Shown here piece by piece: positions 18,895 to 29,899 of a stretch of DNA of 64,000 nucleotides (position 1 is the stretch's first letter; the number at the start of each line of letters is the position of its first letter). Source of the stretch: a virus; the IMG/VR virus record IMGVR_UViG_3300033148_006239, positions 41,325 through 105,324 of that record; one strand, given 5' to 3'. Both the position numbers and the translations under genes were made by a program. The notes under the pieces are model-generated. The model was not told the origin of the DNA. It was given only the letters and a program-made list of their open reading frames with translations, and did not search any database.

Positions 18895-19506
18895 TCAATT
18901 TAATCTTGATGTTTCTTCTAATTCTGAAAAACCTAATTGAAATCTATCGTCAATATCAATAAGATCTGATAATTCCCAACTAAAAACATATTCATGTGTT
19001 ATAGCTCTTAAATATGTAACAATTCTTTTAATATCTCTTTTTAATGCATCTGTTAAAACACCATCATATGATAACAATGTTTTAGAGATAAAAGTATGAA
19101 CATCTGATAGATATGTACTAAATCCTAATTCTGAAAAATCTAATAACCATAGTCCTTCTTCTTCTGCGGTTAATTCTTTAAATTCTAATTCAATATTATA
19201 AAGCAGTCTTACAACATTAATAATAACTTGAGTCGTTCCTCTTGTTTTATTTATAATAGGTAAAAACTGTAATAATTTTCTTTTTTGTATTTCTGTTAAA
19301 TCTAAATCTAATGTCCAACCTCTTTCTAAGATATAATTCCATAAATAAACTTCATCTCTTTCAAATAAATTTGATTGTTCTCTTAATCTTAAAAAATCAG
19401 TATATGCTTGACAAATAACTTCTTCTAAGATTTCTATATATAACTCAACATTAGTATCTGTTAAAAGAAATTCTGGAACATATTTTTTTAAATCAAATAT
19501 CGCCAT
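18895..19506 (-). CDS. baseplate wedge protein (P2 gpI-like)
   Basis: YL.....GW....L....KR.L......K.RGT...I pattern. Confidence 0.8.
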   Translation of the reverse strand: MAIFDLKKYVPEFLLTDTNVELYIEILEEVICQAYTDFLRLREQSNLFERDEVYLWNYILERGWTLDLDLTEIQKRKLLQFLPIINKTRGTTQVIINVVRLLYNIELEFKELTAEEEGLWLLDFSELGFSTYLSDVHTFISKTLLSYDGVLTDALKRDIKRIVTYLRAITHEYVFSWELSDLIDIDDRFQLGFSELEETSRLN

Positions 19507-21173
19507 TATAGTGCCAATTGAGTTCCATCTTTATTAAATGCAGTCAAAGTAATATTAATCAATCTTGGAATTGATAATTGATCAATTGCTAAATCATCTA
19601 CAGGACCATCAAGTAAAACTTTAGTTACACCATAACCTCTAAAATTTTCTATTAAAGCTATTATTCTACTTCTTGGTATTTCTTCAAGTTCTGTACCCCA
19701 ATTTATTGAAAAACTTCCATCAATTTTTTTTGATGTAAAACCAAAAGATGTTTCAAGAGATCCTCTAATTAAGTTAATTGTTGATAACCACGGAGAATTA
19801 TTTTCAAAAAAAACTCTAGCGTCAATATCCCAATCTTGATAAATTGCTTCTGTTATAATTGTATTAGACGCGACATTACCAAATGTTGGTCTTTTTGATG
19901 CATCCGTATAAATATCAATAATACTATTCTTTAAAGTATCATCTACTGCTATTCCTATTCCAGGAACAACATAAATTAGAACTTGAAATTCATCTAAAGA
20001 GAGTGGAATATCTTTTTCTCTAGTATATGGATTGTCAATAACAAATGCTCTTTGTATATCTGCTAAAGCAACTGCGTTTATTTCAAATTCTTCTCTTGTA
20101 ATACTTCTATTTGATGACGCATTCCAAACTGATATATTTTTTCTTCCACTTTCAATTGTTTCTCTATTTTCTCCACCAGTCGGAGCAAATCTATTTGTTA
20201 CAGTTAAATCATTTACTGATTGTGCTTCAGAATCAAATATTGTACTTGTAATCTTATTTATTTGTCCAGTTTGAATACTATTAGCACCAATACCACCACC
20301 AAACGCGTATCTAACTAAGATTTGTTCTTCAGGAATTTTTCCATAATCGTCATTATTGCCAAATACAACAAACATATTTTCATCTTGAGTATATTCTAAT
20401 GCATAAAATTCTTCACCTGGTGGAGCAAGCAATATTGATTCTATTAAGGTCCATAATTTATTACCAACTGTGACTACGACTGTATCATTTATAACTCCTA
20501 TATTATTTAAAGGATATCTTTGATCTTTAATTCCAATTTGACCATTAAATAAATTACTTGTACTAATATGATTTCTAGCATTAACAGTAATAGATCTTGA
20601 TCCTGCTAAAATTACTGCATATTGTAATGTTTCAAATTTACGTAAACCATCAGCAGATGACACAACAGTTTTTTCTGGAATAACAACATCAAAACTATGT
20701 ACTGTATCTAATTTAAATAACAAATTTACAATTGCAGACTTTCTTCCTTTTAAAGCATATAAATATTCTTGTGCTTTCCAAATTAAAGACTCATAATTAT
20801 TTAGTGTAGGTAATGTATTATTAGTAAATATTTGATCACCTAAATAAAATAATTTATCTAATTGAGCAGACATTATCTCTAAAATAAGTGTTCCGACTTC
20901 TCTTTTATTAAAATTAGTCCACTCAGGAAATCTTTTACTTGCGGCGTCTATAGATTCAAGCATAATACCATAAAATTCTTTTTCAAAGAATGATGTTTTA
21001 ATAGGTTCAATACTATCTAAACTCGTTGATAAATCTCTAACTGAACTAATAACATTAAATACTAATTGCTTATCGTCTTCTGTAACAATATCTTCAGGAG
21101 AATTAATATGATTAATATCATTAATTTTTAGAATTGATTCTAATGAATTTTTAACTATTTCACCTGGTTTCAT
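19506..21173 (-). CDS. baseplate J / gp6-like wedge protein
   Basis: PEWTNFN..E.G..ILE, VVFG....GKIP, GG.G.N, GG..RET, R.IT..EF. Confidence 0.9.
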   Translation of the reverse strand: MKPGEIVKNSLESILKINDINHINSPEDIVTEDDKQLVFNVISSVRDLSTSLDSIEPIKTSFFEKEFYGIMLESIDAASKRFPEWTNFNKREVGTLILEIMSAQLDKLFYLGDQIFTNNTLPTLNNYESLIWKAQEYLYALKGRKSAIVNLLFKLDTVHSFDVVIPEKTVVSSADGLRKFETLQYAVILAGSRSITVNARNHISTSNLFNGQIGIKDQRYPLNNIGVINDTVVVTVGNKLWTLIESILLAPPGEEFYALEYTQDENMFVVFGNNDDYGKIPEEQILVRYAFGGGIGANSIQTGQINKITSTIFDSEAQSVNDLTVTNRFAPTGGENRETIESGRKNISVWNASSNRSITREEFEINAVALADIQRAFVIDNPYTREKDIPLSLDEFQVLIYVVPGIGIAVDDTLKNSIIDIYTDASKRPTFGNVASNTIITEAIYQDWDIDARVFFENNSPWLSTINLIRGSLETSFGFTSKKIDGSFSINWGTELEEIPRSRIIALIENFRGYGVTKVLLDGPVDDLAIDQLSIPRLINITLTAFNKDGTQLAL

Positions 21174-21574
21174 TAAGCTACCCTCTTTAGTTCAAATCCA
21201 CCATCTGTTCTTGTAATCGTCAATGTATTTACAATTTCAGGATTTTGTATATCTTTCCATTTTATATCAACAAATAAATCTTCTTTTTGATAATCAGTTA
21301 TTACGTCAATTAATTCAATTTCAGGAACAAATTCAAGTAAAGGTTCTTGAATCCATTGAAATAATAAATTATCCATCAAAGCAGGATCAGAATTATGATA
21401 AGGTACTAAATGTAATTTGCTTCCAAATTCAGGAAACATTTCTCTACTTCCAATTGGTGTTAATAATGTTACAGCAATAGCAGATTCTAATTCATCTAAT
21501 CGTGTTATATCAGAAAAGCTACCACTATTGAAATTAAATGGATATGTAATTGTAACAGTAGCATTACCTGACAT
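21173..21574 (-). CDS. gp25/gpW-like baseplate wedge subunit
   Basis: LLTPIGSREMFPEFGS...PEI. Confidence 0.9.
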   Translation of the reverse strand: MSGNATVTITYPFNFNSGSFSDITRLDELESAIAVTLLTPIGSREMFPEFGSKLHLVPYHNSDPALMDNLLFQWIQEPLLEFVPEIELIDVITDYQKEDLFVDIKWKDIQNPEIVNTLTITRTDGGFELKRVA

Positions 21575-21575
21575 A

Positions 21576-23345
21576 TTAACCCTTTACTATATCAACAAAT
21601 TCTGAATCTAATCCATCTAAATCGAACGAATTTAAAGAATTAAGTACTTGAGTAACTTCTTTAAACTCTGAAATTGCTTGTTTTGTTTGCTCTTTATCTT
21701 CATCTTCTTTTATAAATAATTCAATAAAATTTATTAAAGAAGTTATATTTGCAGGATCTAAACCACCAGCAACTAAAAAAATTCCTCCAATATAATTAGA
21801 ATCTCTTTTTTGTTTATTACTAATTCCATTTGTATTTGCGATATCACTAATAAATTTATTTATTCCACCAAGTTGTGGTTGAATTGTTTTTATAACTAAA
21901 AATTCGCCATTAATAGACAATGTTAATTTATCCAATAAAATTAATATTCTATTTCTTATTGAATCAACTACGTTTGTTACAGTTTCTATTTTTTCTGATA
22001 GTGAATTTGAAATTGCATCAAGAAGATTTTCTTTTCTACCTATTTGTTCATATAGACTATCAATAAAAAATTTTATTTCATTTTTTAATGTTTCTATTTC
22101 AGGAATTAACCATTGTAAAGTTGTTCCAAACCAATCACCATCACCAAAATTTCCAAAAAATCTTTTCTTTAAGAAATCGACACCATCAGTTCTTTGTAAT
22201 GGAACAATTTGGCTTGTTTCATTTGTATTAATTATTTGTGTTGCATCAAAATTACCAAAAGTTGTTCTATCGATATGTCTTCCGAGTAAATCAGTAAATA
22301 CTAATGTTTCAATTAACGATAAAGATTCTCGCAATTTAGCTGCAACTTGTGGAGCTGTATAAAGTTCTATTGCTGCTGTATATTCATGACCATATAAAAT
22401 AGGTATATCATCAATACGATTAATATCTAGTTCTTTTTCACCAATATTTTTATATATACCATCTTCGGGTAAATTAAGATCAACTAATATATCTGTAACT
22501 TTATTTGATTCAATATCTCTAGCTTTTATTGATGTAACTTTAATCCAATGTGGAAAACTCAATTTATCCCATTCTAATGATAATGAATTTTTATTAAAAA
22601 TACTTGTAAATCTGAATTTTAAATTCGCATCAATTTCTTTTTGTACTTGTATATTTGAAAATGTTATAAAATTTATATCAAATAATCTCAAAAATTCTTT
22701 TAATTGTGCAGTTACTTCATCGATACCTGGTGCCATTGCTAAAATAGCAATTCCACCAACATATTCATTAGAATTAAAACTAGGAATGTAATCTCTTTCA
22801 AATTCATTATCTGTATTAAATGATTCTCTAAATCTGTTCCAAAACGAATCAAATTTTGTAGAAGAATCAATTTCTTTATTATCGTCTGTCATAGCACGTG
22901 TAATTCTACCTGTTTCATCTCTTGAAACACTTATTGTATCTTCTGCTTGAATATTTATATCAATTGGTGATTTATACATTATATGCATTCCACCAGAACC
23001 ACCAATTTTATCAATAGTATTATTTATAATAGTTCTTGAAGTATCAATTAGTTTTTCTGCGGGATCAATTACTTTTCCACCAATAAATGTTTCTATTTTA
23101 TTAATTATTTCAACACCAACTCTAGTTGGTTCGTATATTATTTCAATTAATCCTTTTGCTGCGTTAATAACTTCTTCTAATTCATTTAAAAAGCTCAAAT
23201 CTGGTGCAATTATCTTTTTCCAATTTTTATCTTGATCTGCCTTTGAATTATTTTTATTATCTTCTAAAAATTTCTCAGCATTTTCATTTGTATATAGTTC
23301 TTGTTTAAAATTGACATGTGTTAAAGTTTCAAATTCTTTAAGCAT
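21576..23345 (-). CDS. large hypothetical protein in the baseplate region
   Basis: 589 aa; internal repeat (YVGGIAILA / YIGGIFLVA). Confidence 0.6.
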   Translation of the reverse strand: MLKEFETLTHVNFKQELYTNENAEKFLEDNKNNSKADQDKNWKKIIAPDLSFLNELEEVINAAKGLIEIIYEPTRVGVEIINKIETFIGGKVIDPAEKLIDTSRTIINNTIDKIGGSGGMHIMYKSPIDINIQAEDTISVSRDETGRITRAMTDDNKEIDSSTKFDSFWNRFRESFNTDNEFERDYIPSFNSNEYVGGIAILAMAPGIDEVTAQLKEFLRLFDINFITFSNIQVQKEIDANLKFRFTSIFNKNSLSLEWDKLSFPHWIKVTSIKARDIESNKVTDILVDLNLPEDGIYKNIGEKELDINRIDDIPILYGHEYTAAIELYTAPQVAAKLRESLSLIETLVFTDLLGRHIDRTTFGNFDATQIINTNETSQIVPLQRTDGVDFLKKRFFGNFGDGDWFGTTLQWLIPEIETLKNEIKFFIDSLYEQIGRKENLLDAISNSLSEKIETVTNVVDSIRNRILILLDKLTLSINGEFLVIKTIQPQLGGINKFISDIANTNGISNKQKRDSNYIGGIFLVAGGLDPANITSLINFIELFIKEDEDKEQTKQAISEFKEVTQVLNSLNSFDLDGLDSEFVDIVKG

Positions 23346-25275
23346 AATCTAAAATTGTTTGTATATCATCAGAGAAATTCTTTTCTAACGTAACAAACTC
23401 GTCATCATTATATGTAATCTCTTGTGATAATTGCCAAGAATTATCACCATTGTTATATTCATAATATAATACTCTAGTGATTAAATTGGATTCATTATTT
23501 TTATAAAAGTATTCATATTTATTTACTTGATTTTTATTTTCATATTCGATTAATGAAATTAACTTATAATTACTATTAATAAATGAATAAATTTTTTCAT
23601 TAATAATAGTTCTATTTGTATCATAAAAAATAATTTTTTCAATAATATTATTTGATAATATTATTTCTTTTGTTCCTATATGTAGATTACTTAAATAAAC
23701 ATCATAATTTATCATTTGATTAATTATAGTATCATAAAAAATAACATATTTTAAATCATCATTATCCCAAATATAACATTCAATATAAACAACTTTACCA
23801 TTTTCATAATGATCAATTTGTAATGGAGTTTCTTTATTATCATCTTTATATTTATATATCAATCCTTTAGAAACTCCATCGGTTATATGTGATGTAATTA
23901 TATAATTAATTCTGCCATCACTTAAAGCGTTTGTTTCTGTTGTAACATCTCCACCTGTTTCATATAATATAAAACTTTCAAGTTTACCTTTGATTGTATA
24001 ATATCTTTCTCTTGTACGAATATCATTTTGAAAATCTTCATCAAATTTATCAACACTTTTATTAGGATTAAAAAGTAAATCATATAATATACTAATATCA
24101 TCTGATGATTCTTCATAGGCAGTCTCTGCGGTTTCGTCAAGAAAGAAAAATCTACCATCGTCTTTCATAGCCTCTAAAGAATTTTCAGGATTTTTGATTA
24201 AAATTTCAATATAAACATTAATTAATGCATTATCTATTACTTCATTGAAAAAATTTTGTAAATCTTCATTTTCAAAAAAGTTAAAAATATTATATGTTTC
24301 ACCTTTATCATCGTTTAAAATTTGTTCTGGATCTAAATCCCAATATTCAACAAAATAATTAACATATTCAATTTCATTATGTGGAATTGATACAAATTTC
24401 TTTGATCTGATTTTATATTTTTGTGACGGATGTCCTAGTGTTTTAGGTGCAAATAATTCTTCAATCGAAATACTATTAGCTCTATTAAAAAATTCAACCG
24501 TATTGTTTGGAAAATTACCAATAACATTATTAATTTCACTAACTTCGTATTCAGTATACGAAATTATACGTTCATTAACTAATTCATTTGAATCGTCAAA
24601 AATTAATCGCCAATTTTCTTCTTTTTTAATAGTAAACTGTGTTTCATTACCCGATTCAATTTCATCATAAATGAATTTTTTATAACCAAATAACTCATTA
24701 CCTGCGTAATTATCTATTCTATATAATAAAAGATCTTCAACATCAACAACTTCATGTATATTTTTAACAAAATCAACTGCAAATTCTACTTCGTCAAATA
24801 ATATATTTCCTTCAGAATCTTCACCTGTAAAATTCCATAAATGAATTTCTTGTATTCCCATATAAAAATAATGAGAAGCATTTTGAATATTTCCTTCAGA
24901 ATCAACAGCTATAAATGATTTACCAACATATTTTCCATTTTCATCAATATTTTTTACTATAATAAAATTTTCATCTGATAAATAATCAATTTCAAACTTT
25001 GGTCTACCTAATTCATCATATACTCTTTCGTTTGAAATTCTATATGAGATTTGTTGATTATCGTCATCTGCAACAATTTCAAAAAATCTATCTGCTATTT
25101 TTATTCCATCATCATTAAATAATGTTTCTCTATTGTTTAATGAAATTATTTCATCTTCTGAAACAGGTTCTTCTTCAGAAAAAGTATAATTTTCAACTAA
25201 ATACTCTTCTAATAGTTTAAAATCAGTAATTGTTTTAATTGTTTTTTTATTTAAAAAATCAACTTTCGTTGCCAT
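23338..25275 (-). CDS. acidic Tyr-rich repeat protein (YD/MORN-like beta hairpins)
   Basis: 645 aa, many Y-x-Y-x-(N/D) hairpin-like units. Confidence 0.55.
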   Translation of the reverse strand: MATKVDFLNKKTIKTITDFKLLEEYLVENYTFSEEEPVSEDEIISLNNRETLFNDDGIKIADRFFEIVADDDNQQISYRISNERVYDELGRPKFEIDYLSDENFIIVKNIDENGKYVGKSFIAVDSEGNIQNASHYFYMGIQEIHLWNFTGEDSEGNILFDEVEFAVDFVKNIHEVVDVEDLLLYRIDNYAGNELFGYKKFIYDEIESGNETQFTIKKEENWRLIFDDSNELVNERIISYTEYEVSEINNVIGNFPNNTVEFFNRANSISIEELFAPKTLGHPSQKYKIRSKKFVSIPHNEIEYVNYFVEYWDLDPEQILNDDKGETYNIFNFFENEDLQNFFNEVIDNALINVYIEILIKNPENSLEAMKDDGRFFFLDETAETAYEESSDDISILYDLLFNPNKSVDKFDEDFQNDIRTRERYYTIKGKLESFILYETGGDVTTETNALSDGRINYIITSHITDGVSKGLIYKYKDDNKETPLQIDHYENGKVVYIECYIWDNDDLKYVIFYDTIINQMINYDVYLSNLHIGTKEIILSNNIIEKIIFYDTNRTIINEKIYSFINSNYKLISLIEYENKNQVNKYEYFYKNNESNLITRVLYYEYNNGDNSWQLSQEITYNDDEFVTLEKNFSDDIQTILDYA

Positions 25276-25396
25276 TGTCTAGCTTCTTTAAATTTTTTAT
25301 TTTTTCAAATTTCTTTTTATTTTGTTCAAAATAAAATTTTTCAATTTTTGTTATTTCTATTAATATCTTTGTTAATTCGTTTTGTATTTTTGTCAT
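25259..25396 (-). CDS. small hypothetical protein (45 aa)
   Basis: MTKIQNEL... fills the gap; ATGA overlap with the spike gene stop. Confidence 0.45.
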   Translation of the reverse strand: MTKIQNELTKILIEITKIEKFYFEQNKKKFEKIKNLKKLDNGNES

Positions 25397-26394
25397 TCTG
25401 TAAAATTCTTCTTTGATATTGTTGTTACTAAATCTGCTATTTTGCCAGGAGTTTGTGCGATTAATTCTACACTAGGAGTAGCAGGTCCTGCAGGTGTCGG
25501 ATGCGTATGTGCTACTAACATTTGTAATATTCCTGTAAAAAAAGTAATAAATTCTGTTCCTAAAACAAGGGGTTGAATACTTGTTTTACTACCTATTTTA
25601 TTTATTCCATCTAAAACGTTAGTGATTGCTTCTATTGTATTTGTCGCTGAAGCTTTCATTTCATTATTTGCCGCTTCAATTAAATTTTTTATAGGATGCG
25701 TTAATTCATTAGACGTTGCATCAGATGCAAATCCACTTTCATCCGCTGGTGTTAAACCTCTCTTTATTTCAATTTCTTCAGAAACTCTTGCTTGAAATAA
25801 TTCAGAAGCTTTCATTATAATTGATTCAATTGCTACAATTTCAGTAGTCTTACCTGATCCCATTGACACATTATTAGGAGAAACAAAATTATAATTACCT
25901 TTACAATTTATATTGATAGATTCTGCATTTAACGTTATAGTACCTTTTGAACTTACTGTTAGGTTTTTATTTGAATTAATTTCAATTCCTGTATTTTCTT
26001 CAGGTGAAAGTCTAATAAATGATCTATTATCTTCATCTTTAAGTTCTAGAAAGCTATCATTCATAATAACTTTCATATTTTTCCATTTAATTAATTTTAT
26101 TCCAGGATCATCGTTCGTCGGTGGATTTTGTTTTATTTCAACATCTTCTGCATCTTTTATAACCCAACCATGTTCCCAAACAGGAAGACCAGGCTTTCCA
26201 TCTTGAAATGATACCCAAACAGGATCACCTAAATTTGGCATTTCCCAATTATTTTTCATTCCACCTTTGGGTAATGCCCATTTTTTAATACCCAATGCTG
26301 GTACATGAATAAATACTTTACCGGGTAAATCAGGTGTTTGTATATTTATTACAGTCCCTTTATAAGGACCAATAACTTCTTTAGCGCAACCCAT
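25393..26394 (-). CDS. baseplate central spike (gp5/gpV OB fold plus beta helix)
   Basis: Y.G.V...D....GKV, WA.P, P.LGD.VWV.F.DG....PVW, and a C-terminal HTHP (His-x-His) metal-binding tip. Confidence 0.88.
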   Translation of the reverse strand: MGCAKEVIGPYKGTVINIQTPDLPGKVFIHVPALGIKKWALPKGGMKNNWEMPNLGDPVWVSFQDGKPGLPVWEHGWVIKDAEDVEIKQNPPTNDDPGIKLIKWKNMKVIMNDSFLELKDEDNRSFIRLSPEENTGIEINSNKNLTVSSKGTITLNAESININCKGNYNFVSPNNVSMGSGKTTEIVAIESIIMKASELFQARVSEEIEIKRGLTPADESGFASDATSNELTHPIKNLIEAANNEMKASATNTIEAITNVLDGINKIGSKTSIQPLVLGTEFITFFTGILQMLVAHTHPTPAGPATPSVELIAQTPGKIADLVTTISKKNFTE

Positions 26395-29300
26395 TAATGA
26401 GATTCTCCTCCATCAACACTTCTAATTACAATGTCACGAATTCTATTTCCAGATAAGTTACCAGCAACAACATCTTCCGCTAATAAACGTTCATATTCAA
26501 GTGCAATATTTCTTTCGTTTCCTCTTTTTAGAACATTAACAAAAATTTTATCAAATGTTTCTTGATCACTTTGAATTTTTATTACATCATCATTAGGAAA
26601 AAAATCAGTAAATTTAAAAGCTATTCCTTTATCAGCATTATAAACTTGTCTAAAATATTCTTTAGCAGCTCCAAAATTCATAGATGCGGTAGTTTCACGT
26701 TGACTTTGTCCAAGTTGAGTAACACCAGTAGGAGCATTACCAGCAGATTGTCCACACGCAACAATATGTTGTGCAAAAAAATTAATACTTGAAAATGGAC
26801 CACGTGTGAGAGAATCGGCTTTATTGTTGTGTTTACCTCTTGTTGCCAATACTAAGCCTGTTATATAACACGAAACATATCTTTTAATATCATTGTCTGT
26901 TAAATTATCAACACCTATTACTTCTAAATTTCTATCTTCTACTATTAAATGATTATGAACATGTGCTTCTAAAGTATCTTTAAATATTTGAAAAAATGCA
27001 TCTTGAGCATTTTGAGTAATACCGGCTCTACGAGTAATATGCGCAGTTCTATCTCTAGCTTCTGGCTCGAGCCATCCTATTCCGTTTGCTAATTCAGTCG
27101 CTGTAGGTGCTCCTCCGATCCATATTTGTCTATTCCAATCATATTGTCCTTTTATATAATCTTCTTGAGTAGCCTGAGCTAAAGATTCTTCAAATATTTT
27201 ACCACAATCAAATTGATGATCTTCGACTTGAGATGATGCTTGAGTATCGCCTGGTTGCTTTACTACATGACTATAAGATGTTGTTCTAAAATCATTACAA
27301 AAAAGATCTTCATAAAAAATTTTTTTAATTGTAGCTACTGATGTGGTATTATATTCATAAAGTTCTTTATATGTTTCTACAGGAAAATCATTTGCTATTA
27401 AATTTAATTCTTCTTCAGTAAATTCACTTTCTACAGATGCACAAGGTAAAATTATCTTTAGATGATAACGTTCACCGCATTGTCTATTAAATCTTGCAAT
27501 AATATCAAAATACTCTTGTCTTTTTTCCAAAAGTAATTCTTTTATTCTACGAAATTCTTGTGCTCCGGCAACTGAAAATTCAGCTTTATTTACTGTAGAA
27601 AGATGTTCAATATAAAGCCAAAGCCCTTCAGCTTTTTTAATAAATGATTCTCTAGCTGTTTTACAATCTGTCACTATTTGATCTTCTACGTCAAATTCAT
27701 CACTTACTTTTTTCCATTCTTTTATTTTTTTAATTAATCCCGCTGTAATTAATCCCGCTGGATGCGCTTCTGGTCTTAGATTTTTACCATCAAATAATGT
27801 TGAATTTGATATACATAAAATCTCTGTTTCATATCCATTATTGTCAATATTATGATTTGCTTCTATAATATACCATTTTGTATCATAAGCACCAGTACCA
27901 ATCAATTCACAAACTTGTCTAGATTTTATTTGAGGATTACCAACAACCGTAAATCTTAAAGACATTGTAGAACTTAATTCTCTAAATCTTTTTCCAAAAA
28001 GTCTTCCCCACAATTCTTTACCATTATCTGTTATTATTCTATCACTTTTTTCAGATGTTTCAGTAAGAAAATCAATATGTGCACTTTTTTCTAAAAGATA
28101 AGCTTGTTGTCTAAAACTAGCAGCTTTTAATCTTAAACTTTTTTGAAAATCGCCTAAAAATTGCCACTCTTTATCATAAACATCTTCATCTAAATCTGAT
28201 ATTTGAGCAATTAAATCTACTTGATGTGTTTTACCTATTGTATCAAGCTCACGCTCTGTTGGAAAACGTATCGAACTAACAACTTGTACAAAAGCATCTG
28301 AAAATCTAAAAAGTTTATTTACTTCTTGTTGAGTTTTTTCATCTAATCTTCCAAGGGGTATTGAATTACCTTCATCTGATTTTCGTTCATAATAAACGAA
28401 ATTTAAGTCAATAAATGCTTCTCCTAATGAACCTTTATTACCTGCCCCATGTATATCTTGTAAATGCCTTATCATAAACGATTCTTCACCAGTTTGTGTA
28501 TAATACGGATCTGAATATCTGAATCTTGTTGTTACAACTTTGCCTGTTACAGGATCTATTTCTTCTGCTTTTGTATAAATTAATTTATCTCTAGTATCAC
28601 TAGAAGGAGCATCTGATTTTAATATAGGTCCACCATAAACAACATCTACACTTGATCCGTCTAATGCGGCAAACTTAGATCTTACTGCTTGTTCTGGATC
28701 AATATCTACTTCATAATTAAATTTCCATGTTGATTGACGTAAGAAATCTCTTGGCTTAAAATATAAAATATAATGCTGATTATCTGTTACACTTTCATCT
28801 TCTAACCAGACTTGATAACCATAATTATCAGCAAGATTCTGCAAAAAACATAAAACAGTCATTTGTGAATCATAATCAAGAGTTATTGGTCTAACAGGTT
28901 GGCCATCTAATTCAACTAATTCTTCGATATCAATATGATCATCTAAAAAATCATCATTATAAGATCCATCATTTCTAGGTGAACTTATTCTAAAAATATG
29001 TCTTGCTACTTCTGTAACAATTTCTTTTAAAGACATAGAAGCAAATTCCGCTTGTCTTTCACTAAAAGAAACTGGCATTCCAACTTTTACAAATTTTGAT
29101 GGTGCTAATTCGTATGCATTTATTATAGCTTCTCTTAAACCATCAAAATTTAATACTTTAAAATGTTGCCAATTTGATAATAAATCATCATACCCAATTT
29201 TAGCTCTAAAAACGGTTCCATGCATAACAATATCTTGAAAATCTTTAAAATCTGGAGCTTTAAACATTGCTAAATCTGAATTATCAAACATCAATGTTAA

Positions 29301-29624
29301 TTTATCCATTTTTTCATTATCTGATAATTTAACAGATCTTAATCTTTCAAGTATATTATCAGGAAGAGATTTATAAGCAGACATTCTATATTGAGGTAAA
29401 TTTTCTTTAAAGCTTCTTCGCATAATTTGAAGATCAGTTCCAAGCTCTCCTCTTAATGCTTCAAAGCTTACTTCACTGGCTATGTTACCCCAAGCTTCTT
29501 CCCACTCTTTTATTCTTGCCGCTGCTTCAGGATCTAATTCAGGAATAGAATATTCAATTACATATCCACCCTTTGAATCGTAATCGATAAATTCATAAAT
29601 ACTTTTAGGTTTAAATCGGCTCAT
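26394..29624 (-). CDS. baseplate hub (gpD/gp27-like) with a long C-terminal extension
   Basis: DKLTL.FDN, FL..LA..YGY, LYFKP, VVGNP.I.......G.G......WYI....H......Y.T. Confidence 0.75.
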   Translation of the reverse strand: MSRFKPKSIYEFIDYDSKGGYVIEYSIPELDPEAAARIKEWEEAWGNIASEVSFEALRGELGTDLQIMRRSFKENLPQYRMSAYKSLPDNILERLRSVKLSDNEKMDKLTLMFDNSDLAMFKAPDFKDFQDIVMHGTVFRAKIGYDDLLSNWQHFKVLNFDGLREAIINAYELAPSKFVKVGMPVSFSERQAEFASMSLKEIVTEVARHIFRISSPRNDGSYNDDFLDDHIDIEELVELDGQPVRPITLDYDSQMTVLCFLQNLADNYGYQVWLEDESVTDNQHYILYFKPRDFLRQSTWKFNYEVDIDPEQAVRSKFAALDGSSVDVVYGGPILKSDAPSSDTRDKLIYTKAEEIDPVTGKVVTTRFRYSDPYYTQTGEESFMIRHLQDIHGAGNKGSLGEAFIDLNFVYYERKSDEGNSIPLGRLDEKTQQEVNKLFRFSDAFVQVVSSIRFPTERELDTIGKTHQVDLIAQISDLDEDVYDKEWQFLGDFQKSLRLKAASFRQQAYLLEKSAHIDFLTETSEKSDRIITDNGKELWGRLFGKRFRELSSTMSLRFTVVGNPQIKSRQVCELIGTGAYDTKWYIIEANHNIDNNGYETEILCISNSTLFDGKNLRPEAHPAGLITAGLIKKIKEWKKVSDEFDVEDQIVTDCKTARESFIKKAEGLWLYIEHLSTVNKAEFSVAGAQEFRRIKELLLEKRQEYFDIIARFNRQCGERYHLKIILPCASVESEFTEEELNLIANDFPVETYKELYEYNTTSVATIKKIFYEDLFCNDFRTTSYSHVVKQPGDTQASSQVEDHQFDCGKIFEESLAQATQEDYIKGQYDWNRQIWIGGAPTATELANGIGWLEPEARDRTAHITRRAGITQNAQDAFFQIFKDTLEAHVHNHLIVEDRNLEVIGVDNLTDNDIKRYVSCYITGLVLATRGKHNNKADSLTRGPFSSINFFAQHIVACGQSAGNAPTGVTQLGQSQRETTASMNFGAAKEYFRQVYNADKGIAFKFTDFFPNDDVIKIQSDQETFDKIFVNVLKRGNERNIALEYERLLAEDVVAGNLSGNRIRDIVIRSVDGGESH

Positions 29625-29899
29625 TATTTGTTAATTTCATCTAAAATCGCTTTTTTAGGAATTGCTAATTTTTGACCTACTTCTAGTTCTAAAAATGGAT
29701 CTAATATTTGATTACATGCTAAAATAACCCAATATTTTGATGTATCATTAAGATATCTTTCAGATAATGCTTCAATTTTATCACCCTGCTTACATACGTG
29801 TACTCTATAACCTGTTAATTTTAGTAATTCTATAAAATTATAATTTCTAAGTTGTGTGGCTTTTATAAATTTTACATATCTTGAATTTTCTTGTATCAT
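29624..29899 (-). CDS. LysM/gpX-like tail protein
   Basis: HVCKQGD.IE.LS.RYL.D...YW.I...N...DP...L.VGQ.L.IP. Confidence 0.88.
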   Translation of the reverse strand: MIQENSRYVKFIKATQLRNYNFIELLKLTGYRVHVCKQGDKIEALSERYLNDTSKYWVILACNQILDPFLELEVGQKLAIPKKAILDEINK

